From assembly GCA_963707635.1 (NCBI GenBank), contig OY970173.1, positions 1,696,001 to 1,760,000 of the forward strand: 64,000 nt of DNA, in the 5' to 3' direction. The DNA comes from Candidatus Latescibacterota bacterium. Its GTDB lineage: Bacteria; Krumholzibacteriota; Krumholzibacteriia; WVZY01; JAKEHA01. Numbering within the stretch: the stretch's first letter is position 1; every line of letters starts with the position of its first letter. The notes under the pieces are model-generated. The model was not told where the DNA came from. It did not search any database and was given only the letters and a program-made list of their open reading frames with translations. A program made the position numbers and the translations under genes. Below, piece after piece: positions 22,105 through 32,601 of the stretch.

Positions 22105-22135
22105 TTGACGCACCCCGGGGTGCTTGGTATACGTT
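22105..22135 (+). promoter_or_regulatory. Putative sigma70 promoter for rplM-rpsI
   Basis: TTGACG (22105-22110) and TG-G-TATACG/TACGTT -10 region; spacer holds a 14-bp palindrome. Confidence 0.55.
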
Positions 22136-22217
22136 AACGGCTTTCCCTTTTCTCCCCCGCCGGAGAATTGACGGGTGTACGCGGCGCGCCGGGCGCGCAG
22201 GTGGTTTTGGCATGTTC

Positions 22218-22655
22218 ATGAAGACACATACGGTCAAGGCAAAGGATATCAAGGAGCACTGGTACGTGATCGACGCCGCGAACCGGCCGCTGGGCCGTGT
22301 CGCCAGCGAGGTCGCGAACGTGCTGCGTGGCAAGCATCACCCGGAGTACTCCCCGCATCTGTCGCTCGGCGACCACGTCGTGATCGTCAACGTGGACAAG
22401 GTCTCCATCAGCGGCGACAAGGTGGAGCAGAAGCTCTACTACCGGTTTTCGGGCTACCCCGGGGGGCTCAAGATCCACTCGATGCGCGAGGTCATGGCCA
22501 AGGACCCGACCCTGGTGATGCGGCACGCGGTCCGGCGCATGCTGCCGAAGACGCGCCTCGGGCGGGATCTGCTGGGCAACTTGAGAATCTACGTCGGTCA
22601 GGAGCACCCGCACTCGGCGCAACGGCCGGGACCCATGCCGCCGACCGGATACTGA
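22218..22655 (+). CDS. rplM: 50S ribosomal protein L13
   Basis: WYVIDA...LGR.AS..A..LRGKH.P.Y.PH, YPGGLK, MLPK..LGR, HPH.AQ.P. Confidence 0.98.
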   Translation: MKTHTVKAKDIKEHWYVIDAANRPLGRVASEVANVLRGKHHPEYSPHLSLGDHVVIVNVDKVSISGDKVEQKLYYRFSGYPGGLKIHSMREVMAKDPTLVMRHAVRRMLPKTRLGRDLLGNLRIYVGQEHPHSAQRPGPMPPTGY

Positions 22656-22680
22656 TCGGCACAAACGAAGGAAACCCACA

Positions 22681-23091
22681 GTGGCAAAGAAACAGGATGT
22701 GAAAGCGGCGCTCACGGGCGCGACGGGACGGCGCAAGGAAGCCGTGGCTCGCGTGTTCATCCGCCCGGGCAGCGGCAAGGTTACCGTCAACGGTCGTGAT
22801 GTGGCCGACTACCTCGGCCGCGAGACGCTCGTGCTGCTGGTGCGCGAGCCGCTCGAGGCCACCGATTCGAACGACAAGTTCGATATCCATGCCACGCTGG
22901 ATGGGGGCGGCATCACGGGCCAGGCCGGCGCGCTGCGCCTTGGCATCGCACGCGCCCTGGTGCGCACCGATGAACGCTTTCACCCGATGTTGAAGTCTCG
23001 TGGACTCCTCACGCGCGACCCGCGCATGAAGGAGCGCAAGAAGTACGGCCTCGCAGGCCGTCGTAAGCGGTTCCAGTTCTCGAAGCGATAG
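22681..23091 (+). CDS. rpsI: 30S ribosomal protein S9
   Basis: [33 protein letters not shown]...RKRFQFSKR. Confidence 0.98.
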   Translation: MAKKQDVKAALTGATGRRKEAVARVFIRPGSGKVTVNGRDVADYLGRETLVLLVREPLEATDSNDKFDIHATLDGGGITGQAGALRLGIARALVRTDERFHPMLKSRGLLTRDPRMKERKKYGLAGRRKRFQFSKR

Positions 23092-23211
23092 GACCTGGAA
23101 GAGTGGACGCTCCGGGGCCGCCCGGAGTGCCTCGCATTCCTCGAATCCATCCCACGATTGTTGGAACGCGATCGCCGGGCAGGAAGACCGCTCGGAGCGA
23201 TCGCATAACGT

Positions 23212-23293
23212 CACACACCGCGCCCCGGTGGGGTCGTCCCGGTGCCCCGGCTTCGGCTGGGGTGGACGATTCCCGCGCGGTGGAGGCATAACC
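23212..23293 (+). ncRNA. rpsB leader (t44-like, S2 autoregulatory element)
   Basis: CACACAC...CGGTGCCCC...GTGGAGGCATAACC matches the conserved blocks of the E. coli rpsB/t44 leader as I recall it; internal hairpin CCCCGGC-TTCG-GCTGGGG; directly upstream of rpsB. Confidence 0.8.
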
Positions 23294-23307
23294 GAAGGGG
23301 GTAACCC

Positions 23308-24063
23308 ATGGGTGAGCTCACCCTCAAAGACCTGCTCGAAGCGGGCGTTCATTTCGGCCACCAGACCAAACGGTGGAACCCCAAGATGAAGCCCTATCTT
23401 TTTGCCGAGAAAAACGGCATCCACATCATCGACCTCGAGAAGTCGCTGCAGTGCATTCTGGCCGCGCGCGACGCCATCATCGAGGTCGTCACCGGCGGCA
23501 AGCCCGTCCTGTTCGTCGGGACCAAGCCGCAGGCCAAGCACGCCATCAAGGAAGAGGCGGAGCGCTCCGGCATGCCGTACGTCACCGAGCGCTGGCTCGG
23601 CGGCACGCTGACCAACTTCAACACCGTGCGCCGAAGCTTGAACCGCCTGCAGTACCTCGAGAAGATGGAGGTCGATGGGTCCATCGCCCAGTTCTCGAAG
23701 AAAGAGGTGTCGCGTTTCGCGAAGGAGAGAGGCCGCATCCTCAAGACGCTCGGCGGCATCCGTACCATGGCCGATCTGCCGGGGATGGTGTTCGTCGTCG
23801 ACACCAAGAAGGAAATCAACGCCGTCAACGAGGCGCGGAAACTCAAGATACCGATCGTCGGGGTCGTGGACAGCAACGCGGACCCGGAAGAGGTAACCTA
23901 CCCGGTGCCGGGCAACGACGACGCCATGCGCGCCATCAGCCTGATCGCGCGGGTCGTTGCGGACGCGTGCATCGATGGCCGCTCCCGCTACACCGAGGGC
24001 CGCGACGTGTCCAGCGGTGACGAGGCGGTTGCAGCGGTGGCCAGCAAGGAGAACGTCGCCTAG
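23308..24063 (+). CDS. rpsB: 30S ribosomal protein S2
   Basis: [34 protein letters not shown]. Confidence 0.98.
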   Translation: MGELTLKDLLEAGVHFGHQTKRWNPKMKPYLFAEKNGIHIIDLEKSLQCILAARDAIIEVVTGGKPVLFVGTKPQAKHAIKEEAERSGMPYVTERWLGGTLTNFNTVRRSLNRLQYLEKMEVDGSIAQFSKKEVSRFAKERGRILKTLGGIRTMADLPGMVFVVDTKKEINAVNEARKLKIPIVGVVDSNADPEEVTYPVPGNDDAMRAISLIARVVADACIDGRSRYTEGRDVSSGDEAVAAVASKENVA

Positions 24064-24105
24064 CGCGACGCCCCCTGCCTCGGCCGGGGATCTACGGGAG
24101 GAACG

Positions 24106-24699
24106 ATGGAGATTACGGCCGGACTGGTGAAGGGCCTGCGCGAACGAACCGGCGCGGGCATGATGGATTGCAAGAAGGCGCTCGAAGAAGCCGCCGGGGA
24201 TGTCGACAAGGCGATCGACCTCCTGCGCGTGCGCGGCCTCTCGAAGGCGGCGAAGAAGGCGGGCCGCGACACCAGCGAAGGCCTGGTGGTGTCCTACATT
24301 CACCCGGGCAACCGCATCGGCGTGCTGGTGGAAGTCAACTGCGAGACCGACTTCGTGGCGCGCACCGACGAGTTCCAGACGCTCGTGCGCAACCTCGCCA
24401 TGCACATCGCGGCCGCCGCGCCGCTCGGGGTATCGCGCGACGATATCCCCGCCGATCTGGTAGCGAAGGAGCGCGAAGTCTTCAAGGCGCAGGCGCTCGA
24501 GGAGGGCAAGCCCGCGGCGGTGGTGGACAAGATCGTCCAGGGCCGCATCGAGAAGTTCTTCGCCGAAGCCGCGCTGCTCGACCAGATCTACGTCAAGGAC
24601 AACGACAAGAAGGTCGGCGACCTCGTGAGCGAGGCGATCGCGAAACTCGGCGAAAATATAAGAGTCGCCCGTTTCGCCCGTTTCCAGCTGGGATCCTAG
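24106..24699 (+). CDS. tsf: Elongation factor Ts (short form)
   Basis: [34 protein letters not shown]. Confidence 0.98.
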   Translation: MEITAGLVKGLRERTGAGMMDCKKALEEAAGDVDKAIDLLRVRGLSKAAKKAGRDTSEGLVVSYIHPGNRIGVLVEVNCETDFVARTDEFQTLVRNLAMHIAAAAPLGVSRDDIPADLVAKEREVFKAQALEEGKPAAVVDKIVQGRIEKFFAEAALLDQIYVKDNDKKVGDLVSEAIAKLGENIRVARFARFQLGS

Positions 24700-24710
24700 G
24701 AGGCTCGACG

Positions 24711-25424
24711 TTGAGCGGGCTCAAGTTTCGGAGAATCCTGCTCAAGTTCAGTGGTGAGATCCTCGCGCGCGAGGACGGGGGCGGGATCGACTTCGAGAAG
24801 CTCTCCGGCTACTCCCAGCAGATCGCCGAGGTCAAGAAGCTCGGCACCGAGATCGGCCTGGTGATCGGCGGCGGCAACATGGTCCGCGGCAGCGCCTCCA
24901 GCGAGAACGGCATCGACCGCGTGACCGCGGACTACATGGGAATGCTGGCGACGGTGATCAACGCGCTGGCGTTCCAGAGCGCGCTCGAGCGCATCGGGGT
25001 CGACACCCGCGTGCTCACCGCGATCAAGATGGAGCAGCTCGCCGAGCCCTACATCAAGCGCCGCGCGATCCGACACCTGGAGAAGGGGCGGGTCGTGATC
25101 TTCGCCGGCGGCACCGGCAACCCCTACTTCACCACCGACACCGCCGCCGCGCTGCGCGCCATCGAGATCGAAGCCGACGTGGTCATGAAGGGCACCAAGG
25201 TGGACGGCGTCTACGACGGCGACCCTGTCAAGGACCCCAAGGCCAGCCGCTTCGATTCCCTCGCCTATATCGACGTGCTGAACCGGCGCCTGAAGGTGAT
25301 GGACGCGACCGCCATTTCCCTGTGCATGGAGAACCGCTTGCCGATCGTGGTGTTCAAGCTCACGGGCGACAATAACTTGCTTCGCGTCGTGCGGGGCGAG
25401 CCGGTTGGCACCATCGTCTCGTAA
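24711..25424 (+). CDS. pyrH: UMP kinase
   Basis: TTG start after [34 protein letters not shown]. Confidence 0.97.
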   Translation: MSGLKFRRILLKFSGEILAREDGGGIDFEKLSGYSQQIAEVKKLGTEIGLVIGGGNMVRGSASSENGIDRVTADYMGMLATVINALAFQSALERIGVDTRVLTAIKMEQLAEPYIKRRAIRHLEKGRVVIFAGGTGNPYFTTDTAAALRAIEIEADVVMKGTKVDGVYDGDPVKDPKASRFDSLAYIDVLNRRLKVMDATAISLCMENRLPIVVFKLTGDNNLLRVVRGEPVGTIVS

Positions 25425-25435
25425 TGGAGGCAGCG

Positions 25436-25993
25436 ATGCTGGACGAGCTGTACCGGAAGACTGAAGAGCACATGAAGAAGACGCTGGAAATGCTCCTGCA
25501 CGAACTCGGGGGCATCCGAACCGGCAAGGCGAGCCCCGCGCTCCTCGACACCATCAAGGTGAACTACTACGGACAGATGGTGCCCGTGAAGCAGGTCGCC
25601 AACGTGGGCACCCCCGACCCGCGCACGATCACCATCCAGCCATGGGATCGCACCCTCATCCACGAGATCGAAAAGGCCATCCGCATTTCGGACCTCGGGC
25701 TCAACCCCCAGAACGACGGAGGCTTGATCCGGCTGCCGATCCCGCCCCTGACCGAAGAGCGCCGCCGCGACCTGGTCAAGGTCGTCAAGCGCATCGGCGA
25801 GGACTCCAAGGTCGCGGTGCGCAACGTCCGCCGCGACGCCAACGAACGGGTCAAGAAGCTCCAGAAGGACCACCAGCTATCCGAAGACGAAACGCACCAC
25901 AAACAGGACGAGATCCAGAAGCTGACCGACGCCTACATCAAGAAGGTGGATGAGGCGATCGGCGCGAAGGAGAAAGAAGTCCTGGAGCTGTAG
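25436..25993 (+). CDS. frr: Ribosome recycling factor
   Basis: GGAGG RBS before ATG 25436; IRTG.A.P.LLD, PPLTEERR, RNVRRDA. Confidence 0.97.
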   Translation: MLDELYRKTEEHMKKTLEMLLHELGGIRTGKASPALLDTIKVNYYGQMVPVKQVANVGTPDPRTITIQPWDRTLIHEIEKAIRISDLGLNPQNDGGLIRLPIPPLTEERRRDLVKVVKRIGEDSKVAVRNVRRDANERVKKLQKDHQLSEDETHHKQDEIQKLTDAYIKKVDEAIGAKEKEVLEL

Positions 25994-26063
25994 CGCCTCG
26001 CGGCGGTCGTCGGCGTTGCCGGATCCGCCGCGGTGCGACGCCACCCAGACAGCGGTTGCGGGC

Positions 26064-26810
26064 ATGAGCAAGGATATCGACGCGCAGATCCGCGAGCTCA
26101 AGGCCACCCGGAACCTTCCCCGACACATCGCCATCATCATGGACGGCAACGGTCGCTGGGCGAAGAAGCGCCGGCTGCCCCGTATCGCCGGACACCGCGC
26201 CGGCACCGAGCCGGTTCGCGTCTGCGTGCGGACCTGCGCCCGCCTCGGCGTCGAGTATTTGACCCTGTACACGTTTTCCGCCGAAAACTGGAATCGCCCG
26301 AAGGCGGAGGTGGTGGGTCTGATGCGCGTGCTCGAGGAAGTCTTGCGCAAAGAGGTGGCGGAGCTCGACAAGAACGGCGTGCGTCTCAACGCGATCGGGC
26401 GGCTGGACATGCTCCCGGCCGCCGCGCGCCGCACCCTCGACTCGACCCGGCGGAAACTCGCCGACAACACCGGACTGGTGTTGACGCTCGCGTTGAGCTA
26501 CGGGGGCCGCGTCGAAATCCTCGACGCGTGCCGCAGGCTCGCCGAACGAGTCGCGGCGGGCGAGCTCGCGCCCGACGCCATCGACGAGGCGTCGTTTCAC
26601 GACGCGCTCTACGACCCCGCGCTCCCCGACCCCGACCTCTTGATCCGCACCAGCGGCGAGCTGCGCATCTCCAACTTCCTCCTCTGGCAGATCGCGTATA
26701 GCGAGATCTGGGTGACAGACGTGCTCTGGCCCGACTTCACCGCGCTGGACCTGCTGGAAGCGGTCCGCGCCTTCCAGAAACGCAACCGCCGCTACGGAAT
26801 CCACGAGTGA
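26064..26810 (+). CDS. uppS: Undecaprenyl diphosphate synthase
   Basis: HIAIIMDGNGRWA, FSAENW.RP, IRTSGE.RISNFLLWQ. Confidence 0.97.
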   Translation: MSKDIDAQIRELKATRNLPRHIAIIMDGNGRWAKKRRLPRIAGHRAGTEPVRVCVRTCARLGVEYLTLYTFSAENWNRPKAEVVGLMRVLEEVLRKEVAELDKNGVRLNAIGRLDMLPAAARRTLDSTRRKLADNTGLVLTLALSYGGRVEILDACRRLAERVAAGELAPDAIDEASFHDALYDPALPDPDLLIRTSGELRISNFLLWQIAYSEIWVTDVLWPDFTALDLLEAVRAFQKRNRRYGIHE

Positions 26811-27685
26811 CGCCCGAGCGCATGACGCACGCCACCCACACACCCGTCGCCTGGTACCGGCGCTCGATCGTCCCGCGCGTCATGACCGGCGTTGTGTTCA
26901 TTCCCGCCTTCGCGTGGGTCACCCTCGCGGGCGGCTACTGGTTCCTGGGGTTCGTCGGCCTGGTGATCCTGATCGGAATGCTCGAGTTCTACCGCATGAT
27001 GCGGGAGAAGGGGATGCACCCGTACCGCGGCATCGGGGTCGTCTCGGGGCTCACCCTTGCCACCTACATGTACTTCCGCAGCGGACTGTATGGAAACTTC
27101 TTCCTCACCTTCGTGGTGATCGCCATCATGGGGCTGGAGCTCACCCGCCGAGACAACCGCATGGCGGTCTACCACGTGTCCACCACCGTGTTCGGCGTGG
27201 TGTACGTCGGGTACCTGGCCTCGCACCTGATCCTGCTGCGCGAGCTGCCGCTCCAGATCGGGCGCGACTACCGTCTGGGTGCGTCGTTTGTTTTCCTGGT
27301 TTTCACGGTGACGTGGGCCGCGGACACGGGTGCCTACGCGGTGGGGAGCTTGTTTGGGCGCCGTCCACTCCTGCCGCGAGTGTCGGAGAAGAAGACGTGG
27401 GAAGGCGCGGTCGGCGGGGTGGCGTTCGGGGCGCTGGCCGGGTGGGTCGCGTCGCGGACCTTCGCCGGCTACCTGGCCCCGTGGCAGGGGCCCGCGCTGG
27501 GCGCGCTCGCGGCCGTGGTGGGCCTGCTCGGCGACCTCTTCGAGTCGCTGCTCAAGCGCGACGCCGAGTTGAAGGACACCTCGCGTGTGATCCCGGGGCA
27601 CGGCGGCGTGCTGGATCGATTTGACAGTTTACTCTTCACCGCCCCTCTCATATACTACCTGCTCAAGTTCGTGATTTTCCAATGA
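26807..27685 (+). CDS. cdsA: Phosphatidate cytidylyltransferase
   Basis: DTGAY..G..FG, S.KKTWEG, GDLFES.LKR, PGHGGVLDRFD. Confidence 0.96.
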   Translation: MTPERMTHATHTPVAWYRRSIVPRVMTGVVFIPAFAWVTLAGGYWFLGFVGLVILIGMLEFYRMMREKGMHPYRGIGVVSGLTLATYMYFRSGLYGNFFLTFVVIAIMGLELTRRDNRMAVYHVSTTVFGVVYVGYLASHLILLRELPLQIGRDYRLGASFVFLVFTVTWAADTGAYAVGSLFGRRPLLPRVSEKKTWEGAVGGVAFGALAGWVASRTFAGYLAPWQGPALGALAAVVGLLGDLFESLLKRDAELKDTSRVIPGHGGVLDRFDSLLFTAPLIYYLLKFVIFQ

Positions 27686-27716
27686 GTTACACGCACATGC
27701 CCGAACTTTTCCGCCT

Positions 27717-28886
27717 ATGAAGCGAGTGGTCGTCCTCGGATCGACCGGCTCGATCGGTCGCAACGTGCTCGACGTCGTCCGTCGCCACCCTGGTGAGTTC
27801 GAGGTGGTCGGGCTGGCGGCGCATCGCAACGTCGGTGTCCTCCAGGCCCAGTGCGCCGATCATCCGCGCGCGCGCTTCGTGGTGACCGACCCCGCGTGCC
27901 GCGTGGAGGTGGACGCGAATGCCGCCTGGCGGGCCCGCTGCGCCGGCTTCGGCCCCGAGGCGCTCGCCGGCATCGCCTGCGACGGCAAGCCGGACCTGGT
28001 CGTCAACGCGCTGGTCGGATTCGTCGGCCTCGCACCCACGCTGGCCGCGCTCTCCGCCGGTATTCCGGTGGCGATCGCCAACAAGGAGTCCATCGTCGCG
28101 GGCGGCGAGGTGCTGCTCAACGCGGCGCGCGCCTCCGGCGCCGAGCTGGTTCCGATCGACAGCGAGCACGTCGCCATCGCGCAGTGCCTGGCGGGCAGCC
28201 GGGTGGAGGACGTGGAGAAGGTGATCCTCACCGCCTCGGGCGGGTCGCTCCGCGACCGCAGCGCCGACGACCTGGAGCGCGCAACCGTGGACGAAGTCCT
28301 CGCGCACCCGACGTGGAGCATGGGGGCCAAAATCACGGTGGACAGCGCCACCCTCATGAACAAGGGGCTCGAGGTCATCGAGGCCCACTGGCTCTTCGGC
28401 CTCCCCTACCCGAAGATCGAGGTTGTGATCCACCCGCAGTCGATCGTGCACTCGGTGGTGCAGTTCGTCGACGGCGCGATGCTCGCGCAGATGGGGAAGC
28501 CCGACATGCGCCTCCCGATCCTCTACGCGCTCTCGCACCCGCGCCGGCTACGCTCCGACCTGGGCGCGAGTCTGCTCGAGTTTCCGACCCTTTCGTTCGC
28601 CCCGATCGACGAGCAGCGCTACCCGTGCTTCCGGCTGGCGCTGGCCGCGGCGCGGGTCGGGGGGACCGCCCCGACGGTACTGAGCGCGGCCAACGAGGTC
28701 GCGGTGTCGGCGTTTCTGGGGCGCCGGCTCTCCTTCGGCGGAATCGCCGACATGATCGCCGCCGCGCTGGAGGCGGTCCCGCCGCGTCCGGCGACGGGGA
28801 TCGAAGACATCATCGACGCGGACCGCGCCACGCGCGCCTGGATCCGCGACCACTACGCCACCACCACGACCGGCGACAGCCGTTAG
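27717..28886 (+). CDS. dxr: 1-deoxy-D-xylulose-5-phosphate reductoisomerase
   Basis: LGSTGSIG, ANKES, P.DSEH, HPTWSMGAKITVDSATLMNKGLE. Confidence 0.98.
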   Translation: MKRVVVLGSTGSIGRNVLDVVRRHPGEFEVVGLAAHRNVGVLQAQCADHPRARFVVTDPACRVEVDANAAWRARCAGFGPEALAGIACDGKPDLVVNALVGFVGLAPTLAALSAGIPVAIANKESIVAGGEVLLNAARASGAELVPIDSEHVAIAQCLAGSRVEDVEKVILTASGGSLRDRSADDLERATVDEVLAHPTWSMGAKITVDSATLMNKGLEVIEAHWLFGLPYPKIEVVIHPQSIVHSVVQFVDGAMLAQMGKPDMRLPILYALSHPRRLRSDLGASLLEFPTLSFAPIDEQRYPCFRLALAAARVGGTAPTVLSAANEVAVSAFLGRRLSFGGIADMIAAALEAVPPRPATGIEDIIDADRATRAWIRDHYATTTTGDSR

Positions 28887-28899
28887 CGACGAGGAGTTC

Positions 28900-30282
28900 A
28901 TGCTGACCACTATCATTGCGGGCGCGTTCGTTCTGGGTGTCGTCGTCGTCGTGCATGAATTCGGTCACTTCATCGTCGCCAAACTGGCGGGCGTCTATGT
29001 GAAGACGTTCTCGATCGGTTTCGGCAAGAAACTCCTGCGGCACCGCTCGGGCGAGACGCTCTACGCGCTCTCGGCGCTCCCTTTCGGCGGGTACGTGAAG
29101 TTCGCCGGGGAGTCGGATCTGACCGGCGAGCCCGCGCCCGAAAGCGCCGCGCCGCGCGGCCCGCTCGACGAGGTCCCCGACCGCGAGATACCGCGCTCGC
29201 GCTACTTCACGACCCAGAGCAAGTGGATTCGCGCCGCCGTCCTGTTCGCGGGGCCGTTCATGAACTATGTGCTCGCGGTGATTCTCTACGTCGGCGTGTT
29301 TCTCGTGCAGGGCGAACACTTCATTCCCACCACCTGCGTGGGAGAGGTGGTCGCGGAGGGTCCGGCCGCCCGGGCCGGGATCGCGCCGGGCGACACCGTC
29401 GTGTCGATCGCGGGGGAACCGGTGAGCGACTGGTACGACGTCACCACCCTCCTCTTGCGCGACCCGAAAGACAAGAAGGAGATTCGCATCCGCCGCGACG
29501 GTGAGGAGCACGACCTGTCGTTCCAGGCCGGGATGGAGGGCCGGGAGGTCGAGCTCGGGCTGTTTCCGTACGTGTCCGCGCGCATCGGGCGCGTTCAAAA
29601 AGGCAAGCCGGCGTACCGGGCCGGCATCACGCCGGGCTCCGTGATCGAGGCGATAGGCGACACGGCGGTGACCTCGTACGACGACGTGCGCCGCATCATC
29701 AACGCCAACCCGAACCGGTCGTTGTACGTGCGCTGGTCGAGCGACGGGCTGGCACACGCCGACACGGTCATTCCGGAAGCGCGCGAGTTTCTCAAGGCCG
29801 GTTCGACCAGCGAATTCGAGACGGTGGGGGTGATCGGCATTTTTCCGTATTCCGAACGCCGCCGCCAGGGGCTCGGCGCGGCGCTCGTCAGCGGGTTCGA
29901 GACCGCCAACGGCATGATCGCCCAGATTCTCAGCTATCTCGGCCAGCTCGTGACCGGGAGGGTGGGGGTGAAGACGCTCGGGGGTCCCATCCTGATCACG
30001 CAGATGGCCGGCGACGTCGCCCGGGTCGGGTTCGATTACCTGCTTCTGTTTCTCGCGTTCTTCAATATCAACCTGTGCGTGTTCAACCTGATCCCGATCC
30101 TGCCATTCGACGGCGGTCACCTCGCCATGCTGGCGTACGAGGGAATCGCGCGGCGGCCCGTCAATCGGCGCCTGCGCGACTGGCTGACGCAAGGCGGCTT
30201 CGTGCTGATCATCCTGCTGATGGCGTTCGTGCTGGTGCTCGACTTGACTCGGTGCTCGGGGTCAACGCCCGGTGGGTTCTGA
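28900..30282 (+). CDS. rseP: RIP metalloprotease RseP
   Basis: HEFGH, two PDZ-like segments, NLIPI..FDGGH. Confidence 0.96.
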   Translation: MLTTIIAGAFVLGVVVVVHEFGHFIVAKLAGVYVKTFSIGFGKKLLRHRSGETLYALSALPFGGYVKFAGESDLTGEPAPESAAPRGPLDEVPDREIPRSRYFTTQSKWIRAAVLFAGPFMNYVLAVILYVGVFLVQGEHFIPTTCVGEVVAEGPAARAGIAPGDTVVSIAGEPVSDWYDVTTLLLRDPKDKKEIRIRRDGEEHDLSFQAGMEGREVELGLFPYVSARIGRVQKGKPAYRAGITPGSVIEAIGDTAVTSYDDVRRIINANPNRSLYVRWSSDGLAHADTVIPEAREFLKAGSTSEFETVGVIGIFPYSERRRQGLGAALVSGFETANGMIAQILSYLGQLVTGRVGVKTLGGPILITQMAGDVARVGFDYLLLFLAFFNINLCVFNLIPILPFDGGHLAMLAYEGIARRPVNRRLRDWLTQGGFVLIILLMAFVLVLDLTRCSGSTPGGF

Positions 30283-30603
30283 TGTCTCCGTCGAGTCCGG
30301 CGACCCCGTCAGCCGGCGTTCGATGTTCTCGAACACGAAGACCCACCGCTCCGGCCTGGCGTTGAGGCTGGCCACGGTTCGGGCGACGCGCAGCGTGTCG
30401 ACGTCGCCCGCGAGTTCGGCGAGCAGGCTGTCCCCGACGGCCCGTTGGGTGGTGAAGATCGCACCCGCCCGCCGGACGCGCACGTACGCATCGACGAGGT
30501 AGAGCTCGTCCGGAGAGAGCGAGGAAGGCGGGGGTTGCTTCTCCGCGCCGCAGGAGAGAATCAACGCGATGAGGGCTCCCTCAATAACGATCCAGCGGCG
30601 CAT
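30262..30603 (-). CDS. Hypothetical small lipoprotein
   Basis: MRRWIVIEGALIALILSC lipobox, helical body; fills the gap between rseP and the Omp85 gene on the opposite strand. Confidence 0.65.
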   Translation of the reverse strand: MRRWIVIEGALIALILSCGAEKQPPPSSLSPDELYLVDAYVRVRRAGAIFTTQRAVGDSLLAELAGDVDTLRVARTVASLNARPERWVFVFENIERRLTGSPDSTETSEPTGR

Positions 30604-30688
30604 GCGGGGGATGATGGGTCGTACACTCCTGGTCCTGGCCGCACCGGGGCCGATCGATGGATACACCCGGCGCGCACGCGGTGTCAAG

Positions 30689-32596
30689 GTGCGCGCTCCC
30701 TGGCTGGCGGTCGTCGTCGGACTGGCGTGGTCGGTGATCGGCGCTGCCGCCGTTCTCGCGCAGGAACCCGTCGACTCGTCGGTGTTCTTAAACCGCGTCA
30801 TCCTGGTCGGCAACGCCTCCGTGTCGACCGGCGAGTTGCGCGCCCGCATGCGCACGAGAGAACCCTCGAGCCTCAACTTCCTCCGCCGGCCCAGGCTCGA
30901 CCGCCCGCAGATCGATCGCGACATCGCGCAGCTGCAGGCGTACTACCACGCGATCGGCTATCCGGACGCGACCGTGCGGCTCGAGCGAATCGACTACCTC
31001 CAAGACAACCGCTTCGCGGACGTGGTGATCCGGATCGTCGAGGGGGAGGCCATCCGCGTGCGCGAAGTCCTGTTCAAAGGCCACTACCTGATCGACGACA
31101 AGGAGCTGCGGGAGGGACTCCTGCTCAAGCCCGGGGCCGCCTACAACTCGTCGCTCCTGTCCACCGACGTCTATCGCATCAAGGGGAAGTACTTCGACCG
31201 CGGGTACTTCGGGGTGACCGTGCAGGACTCCATCCGCGTCGACCAGCGCCAGGTCACGATCCGTTTTACCATCGACGCCGGACCGCAGCTCCGGGTCGGC
31301 AAGGTCGCGATCGAGGGAAACAAGCTGGTGAAGCTCGGCGTCCTCGAGGGCGAGGTGACCTTCGAGTCCGGCGAGGTATGCCGGTACGGGGAGCTGATCA
31401 AGACCCAGCGCAACCTGTTCGAGACCGGGTTGTTCACACAAGTGGACGTGCTGCCGGAGAACCTCGACGTCGCGGCGCAGACGGTCGACGTACGCATCAA
31501 GGTCCGCGAACGCAAAAGCTCGTGGGTGGAGGTGGGCTTCGGCGTGGGCAGCGTGCTCGGCAGCCGGGTGTTCGGGGAATGGGGCACGCGCAATTTCCTC
31601 GGCACCGGGCGCACCGTGCGCTTCAAGGCCCAGTACGCCTTCGATCTCTTCGAGGGGGACGAGTTCGACGTGAACCAGTTCCGCGTCGCCACCACCTTCT
31701 ACCGCTACGACGCAGTCTACAGCCAGCGACGGCTGTTCGGCATCAAGATGGGATTCGGGGTCAACGCGTACCTGGAGAACGATGCCACCGTCCCGGACAT
31801 CGAGGTGAAGACGCTCGGAACCGCCGTGGGGGTAACGCACGAGTTCAGCGAGTTCACCAAGGCCATTGCCACGTTTTCGGTCGAGAACATCCGCCGGCGG
31901 GAATACACGCTGCCGGAAGTGAATTCGACTTCGCATATCCTGGGGAGCGCCCTGAGCCGGGACACGCGCGACTTCATCCTGAACCCGCGCAGCGGCGAGT
32001 ACCGCTACGTCTCGGCCGACGTGGCGGGCGGCGTGCTCGGCGGCGACAACGATTTCTACACCACGACCGTCAACTACCAGCGTTACCACACCGTCCGCAA
32101 GAGTTCGGTCCTCGCCTGGCGCGCCCGGGTGGGGTACGCCGACGCCTACGGGAACTCGGCGGAAGTTCCGGTAGAGAACCGATTCTTCCTCGGCGGCGGA
32201 AATTCCGTGCGCGGATACGGCGAATCCAGCCTCGGGCCGCGTTATATTGACGATGGAGGGGTGCTGCGCGTGAACGGCGGAGACTTCATGATGCTTGCCA
32301 ACGTCGAGATACGCTTCCCGTTTCCGTTGCTCGGAAAATGGAACTTCGGGGGCGCGTTCTTTCTCGACTCCGGGAACGTCTGGGCGTCGGCGTCCGACGT
32401 CCAGGGGAGTGACTTCCGCTTGAGCTCCGGGGCGGAGGAGACGACGTTCGATGACTACCGCTACGGCCTCGGGTTCGGTATCCGCTACAATACGCCCATC
32501 GGGCCGATTCGCCTCGACTACGGGTATCCGACCAAGCCCGACACCGACACGGACGTGCACGGCGGGTTCTACTTCAGCCTCGGGCAGATTTTCTAG
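30689..32596 (+). CDS. Omp85 family outer-membrane protein, TamA-like (about 3 POTRA domains)
   Basis: Signal peptide ending AVLA-QE; POTRA repeats (Y...GY, L..TGLF); RFFLGG.NSVRGY; GPIRLDYG; terminal SLGQIF; followed by a TamB gene; start approximate. Confidence 0.9.
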   Translation: MRAPWLAVVVGLAWSVIGAAAVLAQEPVDSSVFLNRVILVGNASVSTGELRARMRTREPSSLNFLRRPRLDRPQIDRDIAQLQAYYHAIGYPDATVRLERIDYLQDNRFADVVIRIVEGEAIRVREVLFKGHYLIDDKELREGLLLKPGAAYNSSLLSTDVYRIKGKYFDRGYFGVTVQDSIRVDQRQVTIRFTIDAGPQLRVGKVAIEGNKLVKLGVLEGEVTFESGEVCRYGELIKTQRNLFETGLFTQVDVLPENLDVAAQTVDVRIKVRERKSSWVEVGFGVGSVLGSRVFGEWGTRNFLGTGRTVRFKAQYAFDLFEGDEFDVNQFRVATTFYRYDAVYSQRRLFGIKMGFGVNAYLENDATVPDIEVKTLGTAVGVTHEFSEFTKAIATFSVENIRRREYTLPEVNSTSHILGSALSRDTRDFILNPRSGEYRYVSADVAGGVLGGDNDFYTTTVNYQRYHTVRKSSVLAWRARVGYADAYGNSAEVPVENRFFLGGGNSVRGYGESSLGPRYIDDGGVLRVNGGDFMMLANVEIRFPFPLLGKWNFGGAFFLDSGNVWASASDVQGSDFRLSSGAEETTFDDYRYGLGFGIRYNTPIGPIRLDYGYPTKPDTDTDVHGGFYFSLGQIF

Positions 32597-32601
32597 ACGC
32601 G

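Noticed and set aside
23092..23211. Possible tRNA between rpsI and rpsB
   Set aside because: No T-arm GTTC motif or cloverleaf; only short hairpins
24106..24699. 197-aa EF-Ts as a truncation
   Set aside because: Short-form EF-Ts is a known natural type; both termini are intact and pyrH follows with a proper RBS
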